63,111 bases of DNA, filler included, from Sphacelaria rigidula (GCA_964200075.2; 6 parts of 6 records of this genome joined end to end with filler, not necessarily neighbours in it), one strand, 5' to 3'. Positions 10,868 through 23,266 are shown, counted from the whole stretch's first letter. Made by a program: numbers and translations. Notes: generated by a model from the sequence alone, not told the origin.

Positions 10868-13800
10868 TTACAACAGCACGGCCATTACTGTCGCGGACAA
10901 AGATCAGACGTATGATTTCGTCGATGTCCGCGATGTCGTGGTGTTGGATCCAGGCGTGAGATGCCACCCAGATTGCTTCCTTCGTCGCTCCATCGATGCA
11001 CGTCTTCAACGGGGCTGGGAGTTTTCCGTTCAGGTGAAAATTTCGGCGGTCATGGCTGCAAAAAACGATTCTCATTGTTACAGTGGTGTCCTCTGTCTTA
11101 TGACACTGGTGCGGTCACCAGGGCTCGGAGTGCGTGAGTAAATGTCACGATCTGTCATCTAGTTTCTGCGGAATCCGATCGGTCCTTTGACGTTGGCCGC
11201 TCGTTTTTCGTACACCGGATCGGTGGACTACGGTCCATCATATCACGTGCTTGATTTTGCTTTCAGATGTGCAACCTTGTGTGATGATAGCGGCCGGCAT
11301 TCCATTTTTGCTTCTCGAAACGATTAATGCGATATGGTCAGACTCCCGCTGTCTCGTTACGAAATGAGTAGTTTCGAGTGAAAGTGCCTGACATGCTTTA
11401 CTCTTTTGACCAAGCTCCGATGTCACCGTCTCACTTTGCCCCCGGTGCGCGCACACCAAATGTCTCAGTGTGAACGATGCTCGAGTTGGTTTCATGGCAT
11501 TTGTGTCGGATTCTACGAAGAGCAGGCTTTGCCGGACCGCTGGTTCTGCAACGGGTGCGGGGGACAGCCCTATCCAACAAGCATCCCATCAGCTTCGCCG
11601 GCTTCAGCACGGCGGGCGTCCGTGGCGGGTGGGCGCGGCGGTGGCAGAGCATCAGGTCGAGGCAGAGTCAGGGGGCGAGGGCAGCAAACTGGTGGCCAAA
11701 CATCAGAGAGACGAGCTCCGATGCTCCCCCGTCCCCCAATCCCTGGGCGCGGGGACAGTTGCGGCGGTCGAGGCTCGGGGTTGAGCAGCAGCGACGGCGG
11801 TAATGTTGCTGCAACTATGGTCGACGCTGGGCCCGCAAGTGGAGATAGCAGACCGCCAGCAGTCGCTAGTTGTAGCGCCGTTGGTTCCACGGTGGCGAGT
11901 GGTGATGCTGCAGCCGCTGGCGGTGCCTCGGGGCCTTCCAGTATCGTGCGCACGGCTGGCTCCGCTGCGGAGTCTGTGCAACAACATAAATCGACAGCCG
12001 CGCCATTTACTCCTCGACCTGCTTCCGCTCCTCAAACTAGACCGACACCACCGCGATTGCGGATTGTAGTGCCGACGGCAGCACTTGCATCTGCATCGCC
12101 AGGGGTTGGGCAAACAGTCTCACGGGGATCGCCGCCGGCGTCGACACCCCCAGCACCTCCGCAGCTGGTGACGGGAGAGGCGTCACAACCATCACTAACG
12201 TCGGCAACGTCGGCAACGTCGACCATGGTGGCCACGGCAACGATAACAGCCAAGGCGATTTCTCAGCCTTCAGCAATGCCATCGCCGGTGTCACCTATTG
12301 ATGTAAAATCACGCGAAGTCGGCAAAACGAGTCGGGGTAGAGGTGAGATGGGAGTGTAGCTCGAGATGGCAATGCTCCCTGTCATGAGGCGTTGGTTGAG
12401 TTACTCGTCATCCGTGACTTGTTCGCTGAGAGCTCGAGGTTGTCGTCCGGTTGCGTTTGTGACTGTGTGTCATTCTCAGCCTTCTCAATTGAGTTTCGTC
12501 GCGACCAGGCTCTAGTCCAGAGAACACACGAGAGGGTCACGTGCCGAGCGAGCGAGACTGGTTCAGTCGACATGGCAAGAAATATGGGCGTACCGCGGGG
12601 AGGAACAGTGCGTTACACTGTCGTTCCCAGGCCAGGCCAAGAGCGAAGCTGCCTTGTCGTTCGGCTCCGCATGTACCTGCTTCAACACACTCTCACCACC
12701 ATATACACTCTCCGCATTACCCTCTGCCAGGCCGCAGAGGTGGGAAGGGTAGTAGCAGTAGAGGACGCGCCCGCGGCACCGAATCTCCTCGATCGGCGGC
12801 AGTTGATCGTCCTGCGACTGACTCCCCTGCATCGGCGACTGGCGGTGGTCCGACTAACTGCGATGCCCCGAGCGCTGAGCAAGGCAAGTTTTCTGAGTTT
12901 GAAAGCAGCCACCGCAAAACCGACCGGCATTTTCTCACGTGATGCCGTATGTATCATTGATGTGATACTTGTGAATTTCGGCAGTCGTATGTTTGTATAG
13001 GTGTCCTGTTTGTCAAAAGCGGTGTCATGTGCAGGTACCGACGTACGGCCTTTCCTGCAACCTTCTTGAAGCTCTTGTGTCGATTTCGTGCTCACTCCGA
13101 AAAAATATGCGTCCCGTAAACTTTGTCCCATACTTCTTTTGTGTACCTTACGCATTGCAGATGCCCGTCCCCTTGTGCTCCCTGAGACTCCCGCTCCTTC
13201 TATGCTGGACGGATTGAAGGCATTCAACAAGACTGACCTGTGTGATATCTGCGGGTTCGACACGGAGCGGGACAACCTGATCGTGTACTGCGGGTCGTGC
13301 AACATGGGCGTTCACCAGACATGCTACGGTATCTCGGAGGTGATGTCGTTTTCGATCTAGTTATTGTGTAATGATCACCAGTAGTTTTCGGGGGGGGGTG
13401 TACTCATGATAATGCATGCCATAGTCATCAATCAGACCATCGACCTCGCATCCCTACAAAGCCGGGACGGAGCACGTCGGGTTTTCGCCGGACCAGGCTC
13501 GCACTCGAACCACCAAGCGCGAAGCGCCGTGTTGTGCTCGGGGAGTCGCATGAAGGGCGAGATGCATCCTGCTAAGATTGTTCGGCCCGAAACCTACTGA
13601 TTTTCTTGCATTTGGATGATAGCCTACAATGAGTTGCTTTATTTTCTCGTATCGCCACGTCCAGAGAAGACGGGGGAGGGGGGAGGGGTTGTTTAGTGAA
13701 CGCAACGAGCCCTCCATCGTTATACTTACGTCAACCTGTAGGAGAAAGCCACCTAGCTGCCAGACTTTCCGTCAACCGACCATCGAGAGTATACTAAACG

Positions 13801-16800
13801 CGCTCGGACGTTCCGTGTGGTTGATAAGACGCGAGTGAAGCTCGTTCATGAAGCGGCAAGTCAAACTCAGACAATTCCACGTTGGCTGTCATCCAACCGG
13901 AAGTGCTGGCCACTGCCCACGCACTAAGACAAAGTTCTTCGTATCTCATCCTATTTGGTGTCAACCTCTCTGGTAAGAGGCGTGTAGTTCAAGTATATGG
14001 TCGAAGAAAAACGAAGAGGTGGGAAGCAACACACGGTTATGCTTGCTCGTCTTAATCCCCGGCGAAAGTGCTGGTCCCCCGGAATCACCGCGCCACGCAA
14101 GCAGGCCTTGTGCGCCCTTCTTACATCTCCATGGCAATGCATTCCCGTCATGTACTCACAGGTGCCGAGTGGGGAATGGTACTGCAGCCCTTGCTCCGCG
14201 GGGGTGCACCCGTCAACCTTGGTGAGTTGTTGTTCTCGAGCTGACCCAGCAGCACCGAATATTCCCTGCCCATACCCCCCCCCGTTGGCGAATTCAGGAT
14301 CTGACGGCTAGAAGTGGGAGACGTTACAGCTTAACTTGTATTGTCACGCGGCGGATGAGTGCATCCCTTCCACTCGCTCATCAACGTCGGAGTTGACGGT
14401 GGTCCACTCTTTTCTAGAGTACATTTCTCTTGTCAACAGGCAATTGTGCTTCTTCCTCACTCACTTCCCCGAGTCTGACAAGAACGTTTCCAGTCCGGAA
14501 ATTGGATCACTGCACCCACTGATGGTGGGTTTTTGAGCCCAGCTCGTTATACCGCAACCGGTGAGGCCTCACCAGTCCTGCCTTTTTACCTTGTTTACGA
14601 ACACTGATGGCCCAGAGCCCCGTATGGTGATAATCTTTGTTTTTCGACGAGAGTGCGTTCGCTGCGGTGGAGGGGGGTAGAGAGAGGGAAAGGGGACAAC
14701 CTGCGTCTCATTATCCCTGTGAGGGGCGGAGATATCGAATCTGGCCATGTACCTAACCCTTCGAGCAGTAGCCTGATACACAGTGCCAGTGATCTTACTT
14801 GTGGTGTCTCTCGGGCCATGTTATTTCCCTCCTTTTGCCCGGATCCGGCAGTCATGTATGTTCTGTCCCGTCAAGGGGGGTGCTCTGAAGCGGTGCACGG
14901 ATGGTCGGTGGGGGCACATCCTCTGTGCATTCTGGATCCCGGAATGCTGCTTCATTGATCCAAGTGAGATTGCATCAGGGATGCCGTTGGAGGGGAGGGG
15001 ACGGGGTGCATATCACAATGTTGTGGATACTGGAAAAACCCACGATGTAACCAATGTGGGAATCATCCCATAGGAGGGGAAAATCCCACAAGTGTCCGCC
15101 GGAGAATCACCTTTTTACACTGTGGACACCGTGACATGACTCGCACGCTTCATGAACAGAAGGTTCCGGGGCAAAAGAGCCGTAAAAATGGTGGACCACA
15201 CGACTGGTGGACGACTCCGTAGCGGAGTTCAGAGACTCACGGAAAAATCTTGTGAGGAAATTATTGGCTCGGAGACCCAATGCACTTGAAATATATGTGA
15301 AAAATGGTGTACGTCCTCACCGCTAGCCGGTGAAAAAGGTTGCTCCTACAAGCCTTTTTTCGTTGAAAGAACAAAGTAAGCTCATACAAATGGGGGAGGG
15401 TGATACGGGAACCACAACATATGAGGAAAAAAATCCCACAAGTGTCCATGGATGACAACAATACTAGTACCAGCATTAACTGCAGAACGAGACTGGGATT
15501 AAGATCTACGTATGTCGCCCACAAAAGACAAGTAAAAATGAACAGGAAAAAAAAATGAAAGGTTCAGCTCGCAATGACGCCCGCATATGTGTTGGTAGAC
15601 CGATGCATGGAAACCTGGTGCTTTGCAGAAGAGGGTACTGTTTCCATCTCTGCCTATTTCCCGCATCGGACTTGCGAAAAAATGTTCTCGCAGGGAAAAT
15701 GGAGCCAATCGGGAGTATTAACTCACGCGGTCAAGCAGGTGGCGTGCAGCAGTTTTTACCTAGCTTTCGATCTCGAAATTGCTACATTTGTAACACGAAC
15801 GCGGGGTGCGCCATCCGCTGCCACACGTCCGGGTGCAAGTTCCATCTCCACCCCATGTGCGGTAATAAGTCAGGAAATATCTACATGGAGATCGAGGCCA
15901 ACGGAAACGGAAGCGATGGAGTGCAGCTCGTTGCGAGATGTCCCAGGTAAACTCTCTGTGGTAGGTGGAATTTGTAGTGTGTGCATTGTGTCCCAAGTTG
16001 CAAATGGTGGATGTCAACCGGCTCGCGCTCCTCTTCCGACAGAAGGAACACCGTATAAAGTACATACAGTTTCAACCGTCGAAATGTTTCGGAATTGTTT
16101 ATTTTGTATGCAGTTGTCGCTGAAGGCAATTGTGCTTTTTGTTTGGTAGAATCGCTTCCCCCTGTCTAGAAATGTACATAGTTTATAGTCATAAATGGTG
16201 ACTCCTTTAGACTGGGTCTGCAATATGGGGGTGCAGTGCCGCGCACCACACGTGACTCGAAGAGTTCCGTACTTTGCGTTCATGGCGAAATACTGTTCAC
16301 GCTGGAGTATAGAACCCTTCCTCTTTCTGGGAACGAAGTGCGGGCGCAGCGAGTGTACGTTTGTAAAACCTGAGTTCGCTGTTCACCTGTTTCGTGCCAC
16401 CGCACTAAAATAATGTGGACGATGTGGTAAACACGCTGCCCGCGTTCATCATGCCTGGCTTGTTGTTAGAGTCCAAGTATCACCATGGCCGTCGCTGATT
16501 CACCAGTCGGTACATGCTGTCTTGTCAAATATCTCAATCGATACCCACGCCGAACGTGTTACTTTTAGCCCTATCCCTGTTTTTCAAAATCGCTTTTTGT
16601 CTCCCGCTCATCTAGCGCCGCTGCATGTTTCACTGCTGTTCATCTGCGGGGTTCAGGATGAAACATAAGCATGTACCAATGCTCGGATGTATTTTCCCGC
16701 ATCGCCTCCTCTCTCTCGCGGCCCTCCCCTAATCAAATTTCTCGGCCTCACTATGTTGCACCCCTGCCCGCAGGCATCATCGAGCCAAGGGTGGCGTGGC

Positions 16801-19800
16801 TGGACTCAAGACCGTTGCTCGCACCAAGACCACAATTGCGAGAAGCTCTGATCCCTTAGGCATTCATGACATGGTAATCAAGATTTGTGACCCAGCACTG
16901 GATGAAGTCGTGGTGTTACAAGGGAAAGTGACGTGGTTTGACCCGGTACGCTCGATCTACTGCGTCGTAGACTCGAGCGGTGGCCCTGTCGGCAGCGGCG
17001 ACGAGTCCCCTAACAGGGCTGGTGTTACACATTGGATTTCGGCTGATAAACTGGTCGAGGCGAAGGCCATCGCTTTCAACAAGAGGCAACGTAGCAGCTT
17101 CATCGTAAAAATGTTGCCAACCGCTGCAGAGCTGGAAGCGCAGAGGCGTGCGGCGGCCGCCACTGCCGCCGCTCAAGAAGCGGAGCGGGGCGGAGCAGCG
17201 ACTGGTACGGCACAGGAGCGAGACGGGTGCAAGCTTCCAAACGTTGAAGAAGCCGGGGCCGTGAGTGGTCAAAGAGCGAAAAGTGAAGACGTGGGGGGGA
17301 GAGGACAGACGACCAAGGAGAGATTGGGCGACAGAGAAGCTGGTGGCTCGACCAAGGATGGAGTGGGTGAAGACCCCGACGCGACGGAGTCCGAGGGGGA
17401 GGAAGACGAGAATCAGCGATCGTCGAGTAGCCGCGGACGCTCAGGACAAGGCTCCCCGAAGGTGGCGTCGGCGAAAAGTGATACCCGGGAGATGCAGGAG
17501 GTTGCGCCCGCGGGGCAGACTCCCCTACGTCCGCAAGCAGATGAGGCAATCACGAAAGAAGTGACCCCGCAGCCTCAGCTGGAGGTATTGGCTGAGGAGG
17601 ATGCCGAAGCACCCAAGACGCAGGCCGCTGCTGAAGTCGGCGAACAGCGTGATTCTATAACTCAATCAGGAGGTGAAGAAGCCCATGCAAGGTCGAGGCA
17701 ACAGAAAATTGAGCGTGGAACTAACGAAAATGTCACTGTAGCAGCAACCGCAGCGCGGTCATCCCCGCCGTTACGTTCTGTTTTTCTACCGCTGGAGTCG
17801 ACGACAGTGCAAGCGCCTAGATACCCGCTGAGGATGACACGGTCTAGGTCACAGCCAGAGAGCATGGCCCCCTCTGCGAAGAGGCGACGATCGGCGCCCC
17901 ACGAGACGCCGACATTGACACTGGACGGAGTTTCAGCTCCCGTGGCCGGGGCCGACATCATGGCCTCTCATGAGGACGCTGGCATCGCCCAAGAAGCAGT
18001 CCATTCAGCAGAGGCTGCCTCTCCAGCAAAGCGCCCCAAACTCGCCGAGAACGCTGTTGTAACACCAAGCAAGATGGGCAAGCCCGAATCGGAGGTTGAC
18101 GTGGAACAGATAGCAGTAGATGACGGAAACTCCGGAATGGCCGTCGTAGATTCAGGAGGCTCCGCCATTGAGTCGCTGCCAGCGTATGATACAACCCGGG
18201 AAGAGAAGGTGGCGGCGGGGTCAGAACCGGCAGTGGCGGCGCGTGCCCCTCCAACTGGCTGTGAAACTGCAGGGGGAAGCGGCGAGCACTTGCAGCAAAC
18301 CGCCGAGGGCCAAGCAGTAAACGGCGTCCCCCCTCCCGCCTTCACGGTGCAGGCTGGGTGGGCCGGTATAGAAGTGTTTGGTCAGGTCCCTGTGATGCAT
18401 GTGCGCTCGATAAGGTTGCCGGGTACCCAAGCTTCCTCCGCTGCGAGAGGAGATACAAACAATGCAACTTATTTTTCGAGCGCCTTTGCGGGTGTGGGAG
18501 TTACGATGGTCGAGGCGCATTCGTCAGAGCAACTGCGGCGATTCTCCTTTGCATTTGAGCAAGTGGAGAGGAAAAGGAAGAGCAACAAGTGGAATACACG
18601 AGAACCGCGTAATCATGGCGTGCCCGCGGTGCCGGAGTTGGCGGACTCTGTCGAGCCTACCGTCAGCGGATGCAAACGGGAACGACGGATGCCCGAGCAC
18701 TGTGAAGATATGGCGGGCAGCAGGGATAACGGGGAAAGTGGTGTTGCCGAGCATGCCGCGGACGAGCACAAAGGAGGGATAGGAGGAACGGAGGAGAAGC
18801 TACGCAACGGAATACAGATAGCACCCTCAAGTCCACCTGATTCTGGTGCTGGTACGACGAGCTCGAGGGGCGAACTCGAGAATGGCGGGATCGAAATGGT
18901 GTCCGACGGGAAGTCAGACCTCATGTCGCCCCACCCACGCCGAAGAGATTTGGATTCGGCCGTGGCCATCCTCTCGGATGGCGCTGATAGTCTTTCGAAA
19001 GTTGACGATCTCGGTGGTGAACCCAAACAAACTGATGGAAATGTTGACGACCTAGAACGAACAGGCGGTAGCCAGACAACAGAGGACGCGCGAAGGCGAG
19101 GCGCTGCTGTTGCTGCTTCGGGGAGGGGTGTGGAACGACACCATGGGGTCGATAGAGACTTGGATGAGGATAGCATGGAGATATCGTCAATCAGCAGCGA
19201 CGCCGAATCTTCTGAGGCGTCAAACAGGTCAGCTTCCGATATATCCTCCGACGCAGAGGACGACGTCAGTGATCACGATAGTAACAAAGACAGTGGCCCG
19301 CGCGTAGATCGCATATCCACCGACTGGCATAAACGACCGAGTGCCGTTGCCACCTTCGGGTCCTCAAGTGAGAGTAACTGGCGAGAAAACGAGGAAGGGC
19401 AAGGCGCGGTCGTAAGTAACGACTCTCACGCAGAGTCCTCAAGTGAGAGTAACTGGCGAGAAAACGAGGGAGGGCAAGGCGCGGTCATAAGTAATCACGC
19501 AGAGCACCCTCCTCGACCGTCGGACCTCGACGAGCTCGGACCAGACGATACGCTTGACCTGAAAAAAGAAAGCAAAGGTTCGCTCTCGCCAGACGCTAGT
19601 CTGAAATCGGTGGCTGCTGAATCTGCGCATGGCGTGGCAACGAGGGGAGTTGAGGAACCCAACGATATGACCCCATTATCGACAACCTCAGTAGGCATGG
19701 GGACGAGCGTGCCAGAGGTGGAGGGATCCAACGAAGCGGCCTCATCATCAACATCCTCAGCACCGACAGGGACGAGCGTACCGTCGATCGCGGTACCTGT

Positions 19801-20347
19801 GACGACACCCGTTGCGACTCCCCTCGACACGGGGTTTACGAGTAGTGGACCCCCATCCGATCCTCGACGACCTCCTTCCGACCCTCGCAGGGCTCCGTCT
19901 GATCCCCGAAGAGCCCGCAATGATCGCCGTAGATCAGCCGCTGACCCTCGCCGACCCAAGTCCGATCAGGAGCGACCTTCCAAGCAGAACACTACCTCTG
20001 ACCCAGACAACTGCGATGGTCTGAACGGTGCGTGGAAGGACTTATTGTACGGTGTCGAAGACACGGGTAGAGCGACGGCGTTTGCCCACCATGTGAGGCC
20101 ACCGACGCCCCCACCGCCGCGGCCACCCTCGCCCCCGCCGATAGATGAGGCCACGTTAGCGCTGCGCGGGATTGTGCGGGAGCAGGTCGAGAATGTGTTG
20201 CGGTCGGCGAGTCAAGGCAGAGCGGCGAGTCTAGTTGATGATGCGGATATGATGCTTGAGAGGGTTTCTTCGGAAATTGAAGAAGAGTTATTCAACCGAT
20301 TGTTTTACGGGGCTAGCGAACGACGTGAAGGAGAACGAGCATACAAG
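10868..20347 (+). CDS. Large chromatin-reader/transcription protein, partial at both ends: PHD + PZP (PHD-Zn knuckle-ePHD) + Tudor-like + DPR repeats + start of TFIIS central-like domain
   Basis: Exons 10868-11033, 11469-12342, 12731-12883, 13161-13339, 14162-14221, 14852-14963, 15694-15946 and 16774-20347 are phase-consistent (about 1790 codons). PHD: RCHPDC...[17 protein letters not shown]...WFCNGC. PZP: CDICG...[17 protein letters not shown]..|[11 protein letters not shown]..|[30 protein letters not shown]..|CYIC...[18 protein letters not shown]...CPR|HH. Confidence 0.9.
13390..13688 (-). mobile_element. Poly(C)-associated dispersed repeat, copy B (longest internal copy, intronic)
   Basis: Reverse complement of copy A, bounded by G-runs at 13390-13398 and 13672-13688. 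Confidence 0.85.
16774..20347 (+). CDS. 3.57-kb exon of the PHD/PZP gene (Tudor-like segment, long acidic disordered region, SDPRR repeats, TFIIS-M-like helices)
   Basis: Corresponds to the 1212-aa ORF 16796-20434; acceptor cccgcag at 16773, donor AAG|gtaagc at 20347; [16 protein letters not shown]...HWI and [16 protein letters not shown]...AYK motifs. Confidence 0.88.
19361..19504 (+). repeat. Coding tandem duplication (about 75/69 nt)
   Basis: [25 protein letters not shown] followed by [23 protein letters not shown]. Confidence 0.9.
19850..19975 (+). repeat. Coding 21-nt (7-aa) repeat: six xxSDPRR-like heptads
   Basis: [42 protein letters not shown]. Confidence 0.9.
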
Positions 20348-20974
20348 GTAAGCATACTGCTGTGTTTGGGATTGTTCAGGATTGTTACATGTCGTTTTGT
20401 CGTAGTCCATGTCCGGTGCAGCAGAAGCTTGTAGAGGCTTGTGGCGTAAACATAGGCGAACGATCCAACGGCGTTTTGCTCCTTTTACAGCAAGTCGGGT
20501 GTGGAAAAGATCCTCTGCACGGGCATTACAACTGTGGCACCGTGGAAAGAACCTTGGAAGGTATCGAATATGTCCTGAATACGAGCATCAGAGTTGAAAA
20601 CCACCCCCATATCATCAGAATTTCTACGTTGACCCTTTCGGGTCTGGGGCCTACTGACAGCCGAAACGCAGGTGTCTGGATTGATCGTTAATATGGAGAA
20701 TGCCGCATGGATCAAAGTCAACCATGGAGTCGAAACAAGTGCGTGTAGTCCATGTGGCTCAGATACCACGTCGCTGACAGCTTACAGCAGTTCATTTTGT
20801 ATAGGAGTGGAGCACACAACAGAACCACAACGGACCGCACCATACACTATAGTACGGTCGCGCATGTATTTGGCGAGAGATATGCGTACCTGTCACCGAC
20901 TTGAGGACCGACGCCCGGATGGGTAGGGTGACTCGTGTACAGAGTCGAGCTAGGGGACATTGTAGGAGGTTTGG

Positions 20975-21074
20975 NNNNNNNNNNNNNNNNNNNNNNNNNN
21001 NNNNNNNNNNNNNNNNNNTTAATTAATTAANNNNNNNNNNNNNNNNNNNNNNNNNNNNNNNNNNNNNNNNNNNN
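20975..21074. other. Artificial contig linker
   Basis: N44-TTAATTAATTAA-N44. Confidence 0.98.
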
Positions 21075-21781
21075 CCCTCCCCCCCCCCCGCTCCTCCTTC
21101 CTCTTCTCGCCTCGACGGCGGGGGGGGGGGGGGGGGGGGGGGGCTCCGTGTCCGAAAAAAAAATCTCGACAGACCCTCGCAACAGCCTCTCTTAACCATA
21201 TCTTTTCGACTTGCATCACCCCCGGAAGGCCCGTACCAACCTCCCGAAGGGGAACCTCACCACTTTGTGAAATCGGAGCGGGTAATGCCTGTCACGTGCG
21301 ACACGCTGCAGTCTGCGCGTGGATCCCCAAGAATCTCGATTTTTTGTTGAATGTCATTGTCCAGAAGTTCTGTGCCTCAGCAAGCATAGTGCGCGCGCGC
21401 TTGTTTCCAAAGGAATGCAAACATGTGTATTTGTCGCTTTTGATTATTAGCGTGAGCATCGTGCGGGGAAGAGCTATTTTAAGTTGGTTCCAAATGTACT
21501 GGGTTACCATCGCTGGCTTAACCAACCCTCAGAATGGCATTCCATCACCACCGACACGGGCTTAATCCGCGTGGTAAAACACACGTGGTTCAGGTGTTTA
21601 TAGATTTCAAAAGGGAATTTGATATTCTGCGATCCGCGCTAGTAATGTTTTAAACGTCAACACGGCAGAAGGCTAGAGGAAACACTCGTATCCACGTACT
21701 CACTTCCGTATACATTCCTGTAGTGTAGCCTAGAACTACAAAATGGGTCGAAACTGCCACAATTCACTTGCCGGAGGGACA

Positions 21782-22339
21782 CTACAAGTGCAAGATTATG
21801 TTGCGGAATATCCCTTCCTCCGGCAAATGCACGACCGTGCTTACAGCCTGGTGTAAAGATCCTGTCGCATCCGCTTGTGTCGAACCCAGAGGAGACGCGG
21901 CACTGTCATCTTCCCGTAATGCAGCACGGTCGATGGTCGGCGATTGCCGGGTTGCCCTAAGGCTCCGGACAGTCGCCGACAGTCGTCGAGATACTGCTGT
22001 CAAGTTCCACCGCGGCAACGTCGATGGCAATGGTAGCTCTTGTCGTGCTCTGGCGCGCAGCACGACTAGCCAACCACGCCGGCGCCACGACATGTCGGCT
22101 GATGTCGAGCGATCTTCGCGGCTGCTACCACCCTGTGGTGCTCGCCGAATTGCTCTCCGAGATCGAATTTCAATCCCACAGGGAGGGGTAGAAAAACAAA
22201 ACGCTGTGAAGTATAAAAGCACTAAACCCATGATGAACGAGAGCACTATGTCGAATGGTCCTTCAGCGATCGAAACAAAACCAACCCAAGAGGCCCACAA
22301 CAAGGAGAGTAAGGCCACAGCCTCCGCCACGTCGCTCAT
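21782..22339 (-). CDS. 185-aa single-exon protein with two N-terminal hydrophobic segments and the brown-algal ankyrin-family C-terminal motifs
   Basis: ATG in a gccATG context after an in-frame stop; AVALLSLLWASWVGFVSIA and IVLSFIMGLVLLYFTAFCF; ADMSWRRRGWLVVLRAR and VVHLPEEGIFRNIILHL* match motifs I recall from C-termini of Ectocarpus ankyrin-repeat proteins. Confidence 0.65.
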   Translation of the reverse strand: MSDVAEAVALLSLLWASWVGFVSIAEGPFDIVLSFIMGLVLLYFTAFCFSTPPCGIEIRSRRAIRRAPQGGSSREDRSTSADMSWRRRGWLVVLRARARQELPLPSTLPRWNLTAVSRRLSATVRSLRATRQSPTIDRAALREDDSAASPLGSTQADATGSLHQAVSTVVHLPEEGIFRNIILHL

Positions 22340-23266
22340 GGCGCTTGTGGGCTGGATCCGGAAAACGCCTGCTGCTGTTTATCCTGTGCAGCTGCGCGGG
22401 AAGGCGTTCCCCAGAGCAACCGAAAAGCGCGAGCGTTTGCAGTGGTGAAGCGCAGAAAAAATGTGGTAAGCTCCGGGACGGCAGCAAGTGTACAGCAATA
22501 CGCGTGTTGCGGATCAGACTAGTCACAACACAAGAGAAACACATGCGAATCAAGATTGCTGATCTTCAACGGATTTTCCCGACTTCATGAGGGAAACTTC
22601 AATGTACCTGCCGTGTCCGTCGCCTGCAATTGTGCAAAGCGCGCCGTTTTGTTACGCTTACGATCGCAGCTAGATGTGTACCAATATCGTGACGCGCTCA
22701 GCCCCACACCCAAGGCGTGTATTGCAGCCATGTAACCAGTCAAGCATGTAGATAAATTTGTGTCCACCCTACTTCCATCACGGGACATGATGGTCCCTAC
22801 CAGAGTTACACAATAGAAATGGGGTCCCAATTTGCTCTGTGTAAGAGTGAGACTTACGAAATTATCATTGTTGTGCTTTGTTTTGAGTCGATGCAGCAAT
22901 AATACGGGCATAGTAGCAGCAGTGCATACAGACGCAGTTCATGATACAGTCAGTTTCGGCCGTATTTTCGAAAGCATGAACTACCACCAGTACGAAGAAG
23001 CGGACCACAGCAACTTACTTCCAGCCCCCTTGGTGTATATGCAGCTAGGAAGTCCCTGTTTCATGTACGCTGTACCTTACACCCGTACACCTACTCCTAT
23101 ATGTTATAGATATTTTTTGGTTTCGAAAAAGCAACGGAGTCAGTTTCGATGCACAGGTTTCAAACTCAAGATTTGCCGAACCTCGGGTTGACAGGTGCAG
23201 AAAGCCTTTGACTAAGAATATTGCGCACTGCCACTTTGTTGTCCGCTCGGTGTGTGTTGGGTTGTG

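Noticed and set aside
13454-13717. Short [27 protein letters not shown] as a host gene
   Set aside because: It is the dispersed repeat itself; the frame is not preserved among copies (e.g. 31326-31509).
18613-19959. Long minus-strand ORFs (18613-19176, 19495-19959) and similar ones at 11570-12294
   Set aside because: Antisense shadows of GC-rich coding exons of the PHD/PZP gene.
21768-22448. 226-aa plus-strand ORF
   Set aside because: Overlaps the minus-strand ORF, which has recognisable motifs and a better start context; most likely a shadow.
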